The notes under the pieces were generated by a model, which saw nothing but the letters and a program-made list of their open reading frames with translations, ran no database searches and was not told the origin of the DNA. A stretch of 64,000 nt of DNA, taken from the NCBI GenBank assembly GCA_048128005.1, contig JBEUKZ010000103.1, positions 62,001-126,000 of the forward strand. Reading direction: 5' to 3'. A program made the position numbers and the translations under genes. This document shows, piece by piece, positions 1 to 12,399 of the stretch; within the stretch, counting starts at the first letter, position 1, and the number at the start of each line of letters is the position of its first letter. This DNA is from Veleropilina oligotropha (Eukaryota).

Positions 1-879
1 TCTATTTTAGCGTATGGGTGAGTGATTAATTATAGTAATATATCTTCCATATGGTGACTGTTTTCATCACGACAAATCACCATCATGTTGATTGTGAATT
101 TAGAACGATTTTTATGTGCCATGGGTGTCCCTAATATTAGACATCAGTTATATACAAATATGGATAAAAGTGCTCAATAAATGCATATTTTTGCAAAATT
201 GTGTCGCGAAAGTTATATACACGACCTACAAATACTCTTGGGAATGTGTGTACCAATTTTGGTGAAAATTGAGCGGGTAGTTTTCAAATAAATCGACGGA
301 TATATTTATATATATACATAAGTATATATAAGTATATACACACGGACCATTTGATAATGTCTTGTCCTTTTTTACAAAGGTCAACTTCCGTCAAGACATA
401 AAAATGTTTGGTAACATACAAGCGGCGTTGTGAGACCGCTCCGGCTCGCCACAGAAGGCACGCGCGGCAGGATGCGAAGCTCTATATATAGTGATTGAAT
501 CATGAACCATTTTTCGAATGTAAGAAACATGATATCCTAAAGCAATAGAGTCTGCCTTTATTGAGCTCCGCAATCTGTCGTCAATCATTTGATGGTTTGT
601 GCCATATCAAGGGAGAGAACTTTTGAATATGATATTAAAATGGAAACCACAAATCAATAATCATAATAGTAAATGGCACGTAAAATGTGTGCCAAATTAA
701 CGATATCAAATAATTGTAACGGACACGCGACCCGTCACCGATTCAATTCAAAGCCTTACCGAACAACGTGAGAGAACTCTGATATTCGATGGCAGACGAT
801 ATTTCACAGACACTAAGGGCGTGATCGATTGACAACTTCTGGAAGCAGAAGCAGTGCCATGGGAGACGTTAATCGGCAA

Positions 880-1450
880 TCGAGTCATCGCAAATGTGAA
901 TCGTAACATTCTCATTTTTGCTACCTCCATTCGCTTCTCCTGCTTAATTCTTTGTCACCGCCACTGCGTCCATGACGTATCGCATTGCTGGCCTAACCAT
1001 CGTCTTATACACCCGTCCCTTAATTCACCCGCCTTGGTACCGTTCTGTCGCACATCTGTTACCTACATCCACCCTGTAGGCCTATATCCATCTAGCCATC
1101 TCTTCAGTCTTTGTTTGAATCTCCACCCTCCACTTCTGATGTTCCCAGCTATCTTGTCTCCACCTCCCGTAAACAGATACTCGATCTTCCTCCACCCTGT
1201 AGGCCTATATCCATGTAGCCATCTCTTTGTTTGAATCTCCACCATCCACTTCTGATGTTCCCAGCTATCTTGTCTCCGCCTCCCGTAAACAGATACTCGA
1301 TCTTCCTCCACCCTGTAGGCCTATATCCATCTAGCCATCTCTTCAGTCTTTGTTTGAATCTCCACCCTCCACTTCTGATGTTCCCAGCTATCTTGTCTCC
1401 GCCTCCCGTAAACAGATACTCGATCTTCCTCCTACTCACCTTCAATTTCC
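880..1450 (-). pseudogene. Decayed RTE-clade LINE reverse-transcriptase fragment
   Basis: Minus strand reads MKVSRRKIEYL..., CDRTVPRR.., GRVYKTMVRPAM.. and MEVAKMRMLRF, matching remembered RTE ORF motifs (MKVSRSKTEY; KGKVYKTVVRPAM; EVAEMRMLR); frameshifted. Confidence 0.7.
1069..1432. repeat. ~120-bp tandem repeat, 3 copies, derived from the RTE fragment
   Basis: CCACCCTGTAGGCCTATATCCAT...CAGATACTCGATCTTCCT recurs at ~1070, ~1192 and ~1308. Confidence 0.9.
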
Positions 1451-2670
1451 TCTATCAAAAATCAAAAGTATATTTGTTTGAATGAGGAAAAATAGTTATA
1501 TGCGTTTTAGTGAAAAAGGTTCATAATTGCATGTTAGTAAGAAATATCGTGTTTGTATTGCCAGAATGCATGAGAGGCCGTTAGGCCTATAATTAATTGT
1601 CAAAATTTTCTGAAAATCAGAGGGTCCGCTTTGTCTCCTTTTGAAAATGCACGTGTTCGATTTTTTTTAATAAACGAATAAATCACTCATATATTTTGTG
1701 AAAATAGTTCATAAATGTTGGTAAGAAATATCGTGTTTTCACTAGCTGTCAGAGTCCAGGAGAGGAGATTTCACACCGTTACATTTCCTTCGCGGACAAT
1801 TCGATTATGACAAAATAAAATAAAAAGAATACTATTTGAGTGACGGTGGTTCATATAAAGTGCTAATACTGACTATAAGTTGCACTAGTTAGCGGATCCA
1901 GGGAGTCTCGACCACCCATTTTGAAAATCAAAAATGCATATGTTTGAATGAGACAAAAAACGAAAGAAATATTTACACATTTTAGTGAAAACGATGTTGG
2001 TAAGAAATATCGTGTTTGTACTGTCAGAATGCATGTAAGGGGGTTTCACACCGTTAATTGTCAAATTTTCTGAAAATGTGAGGGTCCGGTCCCTCCTTTT
2101 GAAAATGAGAAATGCATGCGTTTCATTGCGAAAAACCACGAAATATTTACTCGTACACTTTAATGAAAACGGTTCATAAATGTATGTAAGAAATATTAAG
2201 TTTGCACTGGCAGAATGTAGGAGAGGGGGGTTCATATCGTTAATTATCAAAAAAAATTGGGGGGGCGTCTAGGCGATCCGCCCCCTGTCTAGAAAATAAA
2301 AAATTGCTTGTCTTTGATCGTGAAAAAACGAAATTTCTTGACATAATTTATTGAAAAAAAGGTAGTGTCAAAATGCAGTAGGGGATCGAGTTTCACATCG
2401 TTTCTTGACTTTTCTGGTGATACAGGCGGTCTGGACCTCACGTTTGAAAGCAGAAATGCGTGTTAGATTGCGAAAAAAGGAACAAAAATAACATACATTT
2501 TAGTGAAAATGGCTCATAAATGTTGGTAAGGTTAAAAAATATCGCTTTTATCCTGTCAGGGTGCAGCAGAGGAGGTTTCAGGCTGTTGATTGTCAAAATT
2601 TTCTTGATAGTATATTTGATGAAAGTTGGAGTCCACCCACCCCCTTTTCAAAATCCTGCATCCGCCCCTG
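1450..2670. repeat. Diverged ~200-bp tandem units, probably the interior of a non-autonomous DNA element
   Basis: GTAAGAAATATCGTGTTT, TTAATTGTCAAAATTTTCTG and TTTTGAAAAT motifs recur; the block ends in GCATCCGCCCCTG, also present as GGATCCGCCCCTG at ~4137-4149. Confidence 0.55.
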
Positions 2671-2849
2671 TGTTCACCAACGTGAAATCCTCGTTTCATT
2701 CTCTCCGGTGGTTGTGTCAGCCAGCAGATGCCAAATTGGTTAGCAATGTCCAATATAGGCCTGATAAGAACGATTCAGGCATTAATTACGCAGGGCCGTA
2801 ACTAGCGGAGGACATATTCCTGATATTTTCAAATTCATCAATATTATTA

Positions 2850-3063
2850 TTTATCTTACTTTCTATTAAAATACTCGATTTTCATTGGTTGTTTGTCCGT
2901 TGACAATATAAGTTGTTTTCCGATCACGAGGGGACATCGGTGATTGTATTCCGCCTGACGTTGTACCCCGAAGCGCGTAGCGCTGAGGGGTACAACTTCA
3001 GGAAGGAATACAATCACCGATGTCACTCGAGTGATCGGAAGACAACGATTTTATCTTACTTTC
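2850..3063. mobile_element. Palindromic non-autonomous element (Crypton-like architecture)
   Basis: Imperfect palindrome 2912-3046 with core CCCC-GA-AGCGC-GTA-GCGCT-GA-GGGG; direct repeat TTTATCTTACTTTC at 2850-2863 and 3050-3063. Family label is tentative. Confidence 0.5.
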
Positions 3064-3559
3064 AAATGAAATAAATGGTCTGAATATTGGCAGTAGTTAA
3101 TATGAACCAACCCGTCTCTATTTTCCGTCAAGACATATTGCAAACATGTGACGTCATGTTGTTTACACACTTGCATTTGAAAATATTGCCAAAGTTGACA
3201 ATACTTAACTCGCAATAACTCAATAGTTACTAAAGCGAAATACCTGAAATTTTCCAAGAAAGGTACATTACGGTGTATATCAAGGCGTTAGCAGTATTTA
3301 AAGAGCTATCACACATATCGCAACGTCTCGATGATTTTAACTTCGAAACAAAAATTATTGCTTCAAATTCGCTCAAAACAAAGTATATCGATAAGAATTG
3401 TAGATAATGTCCCACTCTGTCACTTGTTAAAATTTGAGGTGTCTGGTTTCAGTGGTTACATATTTACGGCATTTATTTGCATTTTGCTTTGGTTGATTTC
3501 AAAAATACTTATGAAGGTCACATTTCACATTATTTTCAAAATACTTTTTCTGATTTCAC

Positions 3560-3975
3560 TATAATTTCATCAGGACTATGATTTGCATAACGCATTTACA
3601 CAATTGAATTCGATTTGGCGAAATTAGAATTTGATCCCCTATTTTTAAAATCCCCTAGCGGCCATCTTGTGTGAGGTAGATTCTATACAATTCATGTTGT
3701 CATTGACCCCTGACCTAAATAACATTTTGAACCTAATTTGTAGTTTGTACGATGAAGCGTTTTAACGTTACAGCCGAAAATCCGTAAACCGGATATTGCG
3801 TCATAAAATCCGAACCCGGATGACAATCCGGACCATCTTCGAGCCACGAAGAAATCATATCTTGTGTAAAAATTTCAAGTAAATCGGAGCAATAGTTTTC
3901 GAGTTATGCGAATGGACATACATACGTAGCCGATTGCAATACCCTCGCCTCTCCTCCGGAGGCGCGGGTAATAAC
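3560..3975 (-). mobile_element. End of a HINE/DINE-1-like non-autonomous Helentron
   Basis: Terminal inverted pair TACCCTCGCC...GGCGCGGGTA next to a short (ACAT)n microsatellite; other end not located. Confidence 0.4.
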
Positions 3976-4843
3976 TTTCTAAGCAATCATTTAGTTTTGT
4001 TGAGTCCAATGGCAGAAGAGGCCATATCGCAGCGGTTATGACATATAAAAAATGTATAAATAAATTCAGCGCAAAAATCCTGGAGCAGCCCCTGATATAT
4101 TTGATGAAAGTTGGACCCCCCCCATTTCAAAATTCTGGATCCGCCCCTGCCGCCAACAACTTCCGCCATTCGTTCCAACATCTTCTCCGCTTAATTCCTC
4201 TCTTTTCTCCGTACTCGGTGTCACGTCCTCCGTGAACATAATGTGCCATGGTGTTTCATTTCTCGCAACTTCTGTCAGACAATCCATGCTTGATAATAAG
4301 AAACAGGAAAGTGCTTGCCGCTGAATCTAGGCGCACCCCGATACTAACCTTGAGTTTTAGGGTAAATGAATCAAACATGCAGCTTGTCCTATGTGCATTT
4401 TGTTATTTAACTGTTATGTCAGAACCCTCTACATGTCTGTATGTTTTTTAGTTCTATGCGTACCTCATCTTGATGGCTAGTATCATCACTAATACAGTAT
4501 TGCCCATACCAATCGGCGCACTGCTCCGGCACGTGTGCGAATTACTATTTGTGGTAATCTGTAGTGCAGCCATCTGGCACATGCATGCGCATCAGCGGCT
4601 TGGATTCTCCTGCACATTAACGTATGGTAGTGTCACGGCCACAGTCAATATGACAGTATCATGAGTATATCGTTCTTCAAGACAAAATAATTTTACTTTT
4701 GATATAATATGCTAATGGGAAAATTCTGATTTTAACATAATATTATATTCCAACACATGTAACCTTTATATAAATGATGGTATTAACCATTATGGTAACC
4801 ACGCTAAATGACCTTTGCATCTTTGATGGCAATTTTGTAAAGC

Positions 4844-4849
4844 TATATA
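4844..4849. repeat. Candidate 6-bp target-site duplication TATATA (left copy)
   Basis: Immediately precedes AGTAGT and matches 19810-19815; 6 bp is the Polinton TSD length. TATATA is self-complementary, so it could instead extend the inverted repeat. Confidence 0.7.
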
Positions 4850-7800
4850 AGTAGTAATAACCGTAATCTGGTCAACTTCCGGTGCCTTAGGGCATTTTCG
4901 TTGACGCATGCGCAGTGGTGTATTGTGGGTAATGTATTGTCGGTTTTCTTTGTTCCTTACTATCAATCAGCATCGAGGGGGCGTGTCTAGCGAACTTCCT
5001 TTGTTCCGTACTGTCCAATGATATTGTCGGGATTTATAGCGAACTTTCGGTGGCGCAGTGGCGATTTTTATACCCTGGGGCACTATCAATTAGCATAGAG
5101 GGGGCGTGTCTAGCGAACACCTGCTCTCTCTTATCCAATGATATTGTCGGGATTTATAGCGAACTCTTTTGTTCTCGGGTTTTATATAACATCTGCTAGA
5201 GGCCATCTTTGCATCGTTGAAGTAAATACGAAAAGGACAATTTTGCATCGAGGTAAATATATATAATTGCTAGGAAAACTATGGTTTTATATAATGTAAT
5301 CAGTAGAAATATGTATAAAGATTACTTGTCTAATCAGTACGTCGCTTGTCAGAGTGGCTAGAAGCTTATTTACTCGATATGGGGAACAGTGCACTAATTG
5401 AAGTCGTAAAAACGTCCACTAGGGCCTAGTTCTTTATAAATTATTTGTATAAACATTCAATTCTGTTCAGTTAAAAGTGTTTGTCTCTGACGGCCACCGT
5501 AAACGGAACATCGAAATAAATAAAGTTAGACCTATTATAACCCTGAACCAAAGTGGATTTGTTAATGCGTCCTAGTTAATATTTGTTTCGAAAGTAACAT
5601 ATGTAATTATTTTAACAAAATGAAAACCTTAACTTCAGAATACAAAATAATATACCAACTTTTAACATTTCTTACGCAAATCTATAAAATGCGATAATTG
5701 TCGATGCGTACATCCGGGTACCTTTATCAATTTTAATGGCGTCCAACCGAGCAGAAAGCTGAATTATTTGAACGTCATTTACAAGTTTTCTTATAATAAA
5801 AGCCGTATTTTGATGTTTTAATGTCGGATATCGATATCACGTAGGTATTGGATAATTATCGCTTAATAAACTAGCATGAAAAGCTCATTGTGGCAATGTC
5901 ATAGCCGGTTTGGTGTGCACGCGCGGCGCACAAGTCGACGCTATCCCAATCCATGTGCGAAAATTACAAAAACTTTAATAAACTGCAATTCGATATTGAA
6001 CAGTTGAACAATAGTTAGACTTACCAAACTATTATCGTCAAATAAATACATGCAAGTTAAACGTTTTAACAAATCGAGACAAGCAGTCTCCTACAAGAGC
6101 TTTAAATCAAAATTACAAACTTGGAATGGCAGCACTTGTAAATGCTCGATGTGCAAATAATATGCTGTATTACTTTGTGAATTTTATACAAATCATCTGT
6201 ATATTTTTATGCGATGTCTAGGTACTTTTGTGTGCTGTGTGTTGATGTATTTTCTTGTTAATGTTATTTTGTTGTATCTCCTTGCTGAGTTTAAATAAAG
6301 GTCTCTGACAAATCGGAACAATTACTGTTTCATGTCATGGCGAGTTGTTTCATAATGATTTCTTGAGAAGATAAATAGTTCATTAAAGATTATGCTGGCT
6401 GAAGTAAACTAAACTTCTCGTTTTCTGACATCACATGGGACATTGATTGCCTATAGTCTTTAAAAGCAGCAAGACCACAAAGCAGAGATCAGCTGGTTCA
6501 ATTCCAAAGTTGAAATTGTGCGGAGCATTTTTCATGAACCATATAGTCTTTCATGGCATTCACTGTACACTGCATCAATTATACACTGCATACATATATA
6601 TCGGAATTAATTCTGTTCATAAGTCAATATTTAATTTTCCCAAAAGAATTGTTGATATATGGTCGTTAATAATCATTTCACATTTTCGCCAATTATTGAT
6701 TGATAAAAATCAACTGAAAAGTAAGAAATATATATAGATATAAACACTACGTGTTATTTCCATTCTTAAACACCTATACACACATCACTACATACACAGA
6801 CAACTGAAACAAATGCAACGCAATTATTTCTATAAAGCTGGCGAATTTGAGTGCCTATTGGCGAATTTGAAATGGCATTGGCGAATCACTTGGCGAATTT
6901 GAATCGGAAGCCAGTGCTAACCCTGGTGTAACTCATTGAATAAACCGGTGATAATGACCAAAAACACATGGAAGAAATATAATATTTAATAAAGCATGTA
7001 GAAATCTACTAATTATATATCTATCTAAATACATATAAAATGTGAACAGTTTAAATTTATGGTATGCGTATGTTTGATCACAGCCATGGTAATGTCGACT
7101 CCTAGCCAGCGATCTGAAAAGGAAAATATAACTAATATGTACAACCTCTACATAATAACCTTGAAAGACAGTTATAATAAGCATGTTCATAGCGTTAACC
7201 ATTGTTATAAATTTTGCGTGTTTTTGTCATATCGATTACTTTGCGATGAAACTGAAACGCAAATAGAGTTACTGCCGGACAGTCAAGTATTGGTGTAGAC
7301 GTTTGTACTGTAAAGGAAAAAAAAAATGAATATATAGCATAACGCATGCACTTATATTCAGATATAAAGACGCTCCATATTGTCCTTTTTTATTATTAAA
7401 ATAATTATATACAGTGATAGATAGTTTATATAATGTGTAATCCATTTTTGTATGGTGTGTCTATATATATATATATATATATAACCGGGGGTTTTTATGT
7501 CAATATAACTATATATTTATTGTTTTTAATGTTACATATTTATTCACAGATTAATTAACATGCAATATCGCCATAATGTGTTATTCAATTATCTTAAAAA
7601 TAAAATTAAATAACTGAAGATTCAGTATTATTGTAGGCACTTAGTTAGTTTAAACAATATTTATTGACGAAACAACAACATAAACAAACAATTCTTCTGA
7701 TACTACAAAAGACTATGCAGCGTATAAATAAATATCTTTTACTAATTATAATAAAGGCTTGTATCTCCAAATTGGTTGTGTTTAAGCTTGCAAAGATGAG

Positions 7801-8375
7801 TTGTATTGTTATATTAATATTTACCCAATGCCGCAATAATACGCAATCTTGTGTACATATTATCGTATAATACTTACGTCCCAGTATTCGTTATATATGT
7901 GCGTTTTGACAGTGAATATCAACAGCTGCCATGTTTTTTCTTTGTTTAAAAGCTCCAGTATTTTGGTAATTGCGCAGTGATCGCAGTGAATCGGAATCAG
8001 TAAATCCAGAACGCTTAAGAAATGCCATGTTAACCATTAAGATAACGAACATTTGTTATAAATTTCAGTCGTATCATGCGGTAAAGTAAATCCAATATGT
8101 TTAAATCCAAATAAAATGACATCTTTCCTGAAAACACGTATTTTGTACATTTCCAATGTTGCATTCATTGTCAGTGCCGTCATTTCACATGTCATGATAT
8201 GGACGCCCACAGCGTATTAAGGCTGAGTGCTCCTGTATAACAATGCGACACCTGCCTGCATGTTAATTACAAGAGGGCATTGCTATAGGCAATGCGGTTT
8301 CGAAACATGTCATAAATTTAATTAATTCTACATCAGACAGATTGTGTATAAACTCTCAGCAAAGTAGTTCAGGAT

Positions 8376-8945
8376 TTGCATCTTATCGCCCCTGATATGA
8401 TTCAATTGGAGTACATTCGATCAGACACTGACATCCCTGACAATGACAGGGCAAATATTTACATCGCAACATTTACGACCTGTTGGGCGAGATTAAAATT
8501 GTATGACGTATTAGATCGATTGAACAGACAAGTCCTGTATTATGACACCGATTCAGTGATTTACGTGACCGGACCTGGACAAATAGACATGCCCTTGGGA
8601 GATTATTTAGGTGAATTGACAAACGAACTCGAAGACGAGGACTACATCGTAGAGTTTATATCCGGTGGGTCGAAGAATTATGCTTATCGAACGAATACTG
8701 ACAAGGAAACCTGTAAAGTTCGTGGTTTCTCATTGAATTACACAAATTCAAAACTGGTCAATTTTGAGTCTATCAAAGAAATTGTCACCAATTCTCACGG
8801 TTACATAATCACAAATTCCAGTAAAATTTGCCGAAACAAGTTGAAACGTAAACTTTATAACCGTGACGAAAATAAAAAATATCGCATGGTCTACACTAAA
8901 AGGGCTAACTTAAACGATTTGAACACCTTACCGTATGGATATTAA
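8376..8945 (+). pseudogene. Protein-primed family B DNA polymerase (Polinton-type), C-terminal part only
   Basis: NIYIATFTTCWARLKLY, motif C YYDTDS, GDYLGELTNEL, GSKNYAY, KVRGF and terminal TLPYGY; exonuclease domain and motifs A/B are absent. Confidence 0.92.
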
Positions 8946-9608
8946 ATCTCATAGAGACAGATATTTACGTACAGATTTCTTGGCCTTTGATAAAATTGTT
9001 TAAATTATTCGAGTCTAGATAAATAATGTCTAATTTATCTCTCGAGAGAGTTTTTATGTACATTATTTTTGTCCAACGAATAAATCTTGAAGAATATTTT
9101 TAAGTTGAAGAATTTTTTATGTCGTATATTCATAATTCAATGCTATTTCAATACGATTAATTTCTTGGCATTTGATAAAATAATCTCTAATTTATCTATG
9201 TCCGAGAGTTTTTATTAACCTTTTTTTTGTCCAACGAATAAATCTTTCGAATAATTTCTATATACAAAAATATGTGTATGTGCGTAAAAATGGTGATTTT
9301 GTGGATTTCTTCTGGTACATGGTACACTTATAGCAATGATTATGTTCTATTTGTATCATTTATATAAATATGTGTGCATTTCTAACGCAAGTCATAGTTT
9401 TGGTTTAATGGGGCAGCCATTTTGGATTTGATCAATAAAGTAATACTAATTGAAATAACATAAGGAAATATGTTAGTATGGTTACTTACATATCCAATAG
9501 TACATTGAGATATATTTATGGACCAAATATGACATCAGTCCTCAGTGGACGATATCATGCAGTCAGTTAAATGCAAGTAATATATATATATTTTTTATTT
9601 TCTTATAA

Positions 9609-9929
9609 ATGGATTTTGTTGAACTGCTTGCGTCGGTAACTGACGTCACTGAATTACGAGAGTTTTCAACATTATGGGGTTTGGAAAGTGACCCTCGAAT
9701 TGTAGTGAGACTGTATGAACTTAACTGGAACGAAATCCGTGATGAAATTTTTAATGATAACACATCTTGTAGTAATTCAGTATCCATAACCAAATCATTA
9801 CTAGATTTTGTAACTGATTTTCCGAGCATGCATGAGATTGAACAGGAAGTAACTGAAACCCCCTCTGCAAAAAGACAAAAAAACTTTAAACTGAAATGGA
9901 CAATTAGATTTATAGGTATGTGTAGATAA
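9609..9929 (+). CDS. Hypothetical 106-aa protein (ORF A) of the palindromic element
   Basis: ATG start, open in both arms, protein-like acidic/helical composition, basic patch KRQK; possible splice donor AG/GTATGT at ~9917. Confidence 0.5.
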   Translation: MDFVELLASVTDVTELREFSTLWGLESDPRIVVRLYELNWNEIRDEIFNDNTSCSNSVSITKSLLDFVTDFPSMHEIEQEVTETPSAKRQKNFKLKWTIRFIGMCR

Positions 9930-10442
9930 AAGGGGTAATTAATTATATAACACAGGCTATCGCTTAGCACGAGAGCACATTACCGCCATGCGAACACGCA
10001 TGCATACACCTGGGGTCAAAATCATTAAGACTAGAATTACGTACGTTCACGCGTGCCTACGCCTGGGGCATAACCATTAAGACTCTGATAGCAACTAATG
10101 CCATACAAACACAAGTACTAAACCATTAAGACTATGATAATTGAGACTATACCGTCATGCAAACATGAGCGATATTGCGTTTTTAAGGAACTTATAAATC
10201 GTCGATATGTGATGTTATTCAAAATATAATATTTAAAAATATGTGTTCAAAATTATCCACTTAACACATTTCAAATAACAAAAAGAAATTCTACAATTAT
10301 CTACAAATGAAAGGGATTTAAAGTAAACTTGTCATTTTGATTAAACATTGTTCTAACCTTTTTTTAAAATGTAAAAGATTACAACATAATTAATAGTTTG
10401 TACATACATAGATTAATGTATCGTTTATTATTTTATAGCAAA

Positions 10443-10607
10443 ATGGATTCTATCAGTTCTGACTTGATCAAATGGGCCCAGGCTAATAATATGTTGAGAG
10501 ATGATGCTGTTAATATGAAAATATTAGAATTATTATGCGACGAAATTCGCCAGTTAGAAGAAGTAGACGATTTAACAAAGGCATGTATGGCATCTGGACA
10601 GATATAA
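10443..10607 (+). pseudogene. ORF B, left-arm copy truncated by a 7-bp deletion
   Basis: MDSISSDLIKWAQANN...; preceded by acceptor-like TTATTTTATAG; lacks TGATGGC present in the right arm. Confidence 0.45.
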
Positions 10608-10859
10608 AATGTTCCAATGACAAGCAGTACCCAAACACAACCAAGAGAGCACGTAAATGTTCCCTGATGTGTTTTGATGCGTGAATATATATTATATATC
10701 ATAAGTAAGGTAATATAATTGCATATTCACATTTATAAAGTTTGACTATGAAAATATCAATTTGCAATTGTTGAAATTATCGCTGGAGTCCGACGGCTGG
10801 AGGCCCCCTCGCAGGTGTTCGCGATACCGGCGAAGCTCGGCACGAATCGCTGTTTTGTC

Positions 10860-11080
10860 GGTGAATTGACCAATCGCACTAATACTGACAAGGAAACCTG
10901 CAAAGTTCGTGGTTTCGCATTAAATTACACCAATTCAAAACTGGTCAATTTTGAGTCTATCAGAGAAATGGTGACGCATTCTCACGGTTCCATAACCGTT
11001 ACAAATCCCAGTAAAATGTTGCCAAGTACAAGGATGATATTACGTTCTTACTCATTGTGATCGATGTATTTTCTCGCTTC
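10860..11080 (+). pseudogene. Internally deleted second pPolB fragment joined to a Polinton-type integrase fragment
   Basis: GELTN fused directly to RTNTDKETCKVRGF...NPSK; 11021-11080 then reads AKYKDDITFLLIVIDVFSRF in another frame, resembling the Polinton integrase KYNDG..YLLTVIDVFSK segment. Confidence 0.75.
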
Positions 11081-11221
11081 ACTGGAAAACAAGTTGGGAA
11101 AATTTCAATGGCTACCCTATTAATGTACAACTCTGAATAAAAAATATGTGTACAATTTTATTGAATCTCGTTATAACATCCAATGTCATTATCAATAAAA
11201 TATTATTCATACAAGAATGCT

Positions 11222-12072
11222 CACAGACATAAAAATATATTACAATATTTACTCGGGAGACAAATTATTCTATATTATTTCACTCCGACATAAAAATATA
11301 CTACAATATTTTCTCAGGAGACAAATTATTCTATATTATTTCTCTCTGACATGAAAATAAGTCACATTTTTTCACTCTGACGTAAAATATACTACAATAT
11401 TTTCTCAGGAGACAAATTATTCTATATTATTTCTCTCTGACGTAAAAATATACTACAATATTTTCTCAGGAGACAAATTATTCTATATTATTTCTCTCTG
11501 ACATGAAAATAAGTCACATTATTTCACTCTGACGTAAAATATACTACAATATTTACTCGGACAAATTATTCTATATTATTTCTCTCTGACATGAAAATAA
11601 GTCACAATATTTCTCTCTGACATAAAAATATACTACAATATTTACTCAGGAGACAAATTATTCTATATTATTTCTCTCTGACATGAAAATAAGTCACAAT
11701 ATTTCTCTCCGACGTAAAAATATACTACAATATTTTCTCAGGAGACAAATTATTCTATATTATTTCTCTCTGACATGAAAATAAGTCACATTATTTCACT
11801 CTGATGTAAAATATACTACAATATTTACTCAGACAAATTATTCTATATTATTTCTCTCTGACATGAAAATAAGTCACAATATTTCTCTCTGACATAAAAA
11901 TATACTACAATATTTACTCAGGAGACGAATTATTCTATATTATTTCTCTCTGACATGAAAATAAGTCACAATATTTCTCTCCGACGTAAAAATATACTAC
12001 AATATTTTCTCAGGAGACAAATTATTCTGTATTATTTCTCTCTGACATGAAAATAAGTAACAATATTTCTCA
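11222..12072 (+). repeat. AT-rich tandem array of three related ~30-bp monomers forming ~60/90-bp units (left of centre)
   Basis: GACGTAAAAATATACTACAATATTTTCTCAGGA / GACAAATTATTCTATATTATTTCTCTCT / GACATGAAAATAAGTCACAATATTTCTCTCT repeated. Confidence 0.95.
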
Positions 12073-12189
12073 AAGACAAAGAAAATAATCCTATTGGAAT
12101 ATCTGGGGTTAACAGGGCGTGGCCCCCCCCCAAGGGGGTGAGGGGGTGAGGGAGTATACCACCCCGAGGGGGGTAGGGGGAAATGCCCC

Positions 12190-12278
12190 AAAACCTGGGG
12201 TTAGGAACATGTCCAGTGTCAGAGAAGCTGACACTGGAGCCAGTGAAGCTGGCTCATGTTCCTAACCCTAGGTTTTGG
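12190..12278. other. Central two-eared (T/Y-shaped) hairpin at the symmetry axis
   Basis: Stem GGGTTAGGAACATG / CATGTTCCTAACCC encloses ear 1 TCCAGTGTCAG-AGAAG-CTGACACTGGA (12212-12238) and ear 2 GCCAG-TGAAG-CTGGC (12239-12253). Confidence 0.9.
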
Positions 12279-12399
12279 GTGGGCATTTCCCCCTACCCCC
12301 TCAGGGGTGGTATACTCCCTCACCCCCTCACCCCCTTGGGGGGGGGGCCACGCCCTGTTAACCCCAGATATTCCAATAGGATTATTTTCTTTGTCTTTG

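Noticed and set aside
6838..6925. GGCGAATTTGA iterations ending CCAGTGCTAACCCTG, possibly a MITE end inside the palindrome arm
   Set aside because: Partner terminus within the same arm was not found; too little support to annotate.
12195..12270. True telomeric repeat (TTAGG/TTAGGG)
   Set aside because: Only a single unit per arm, not an array.
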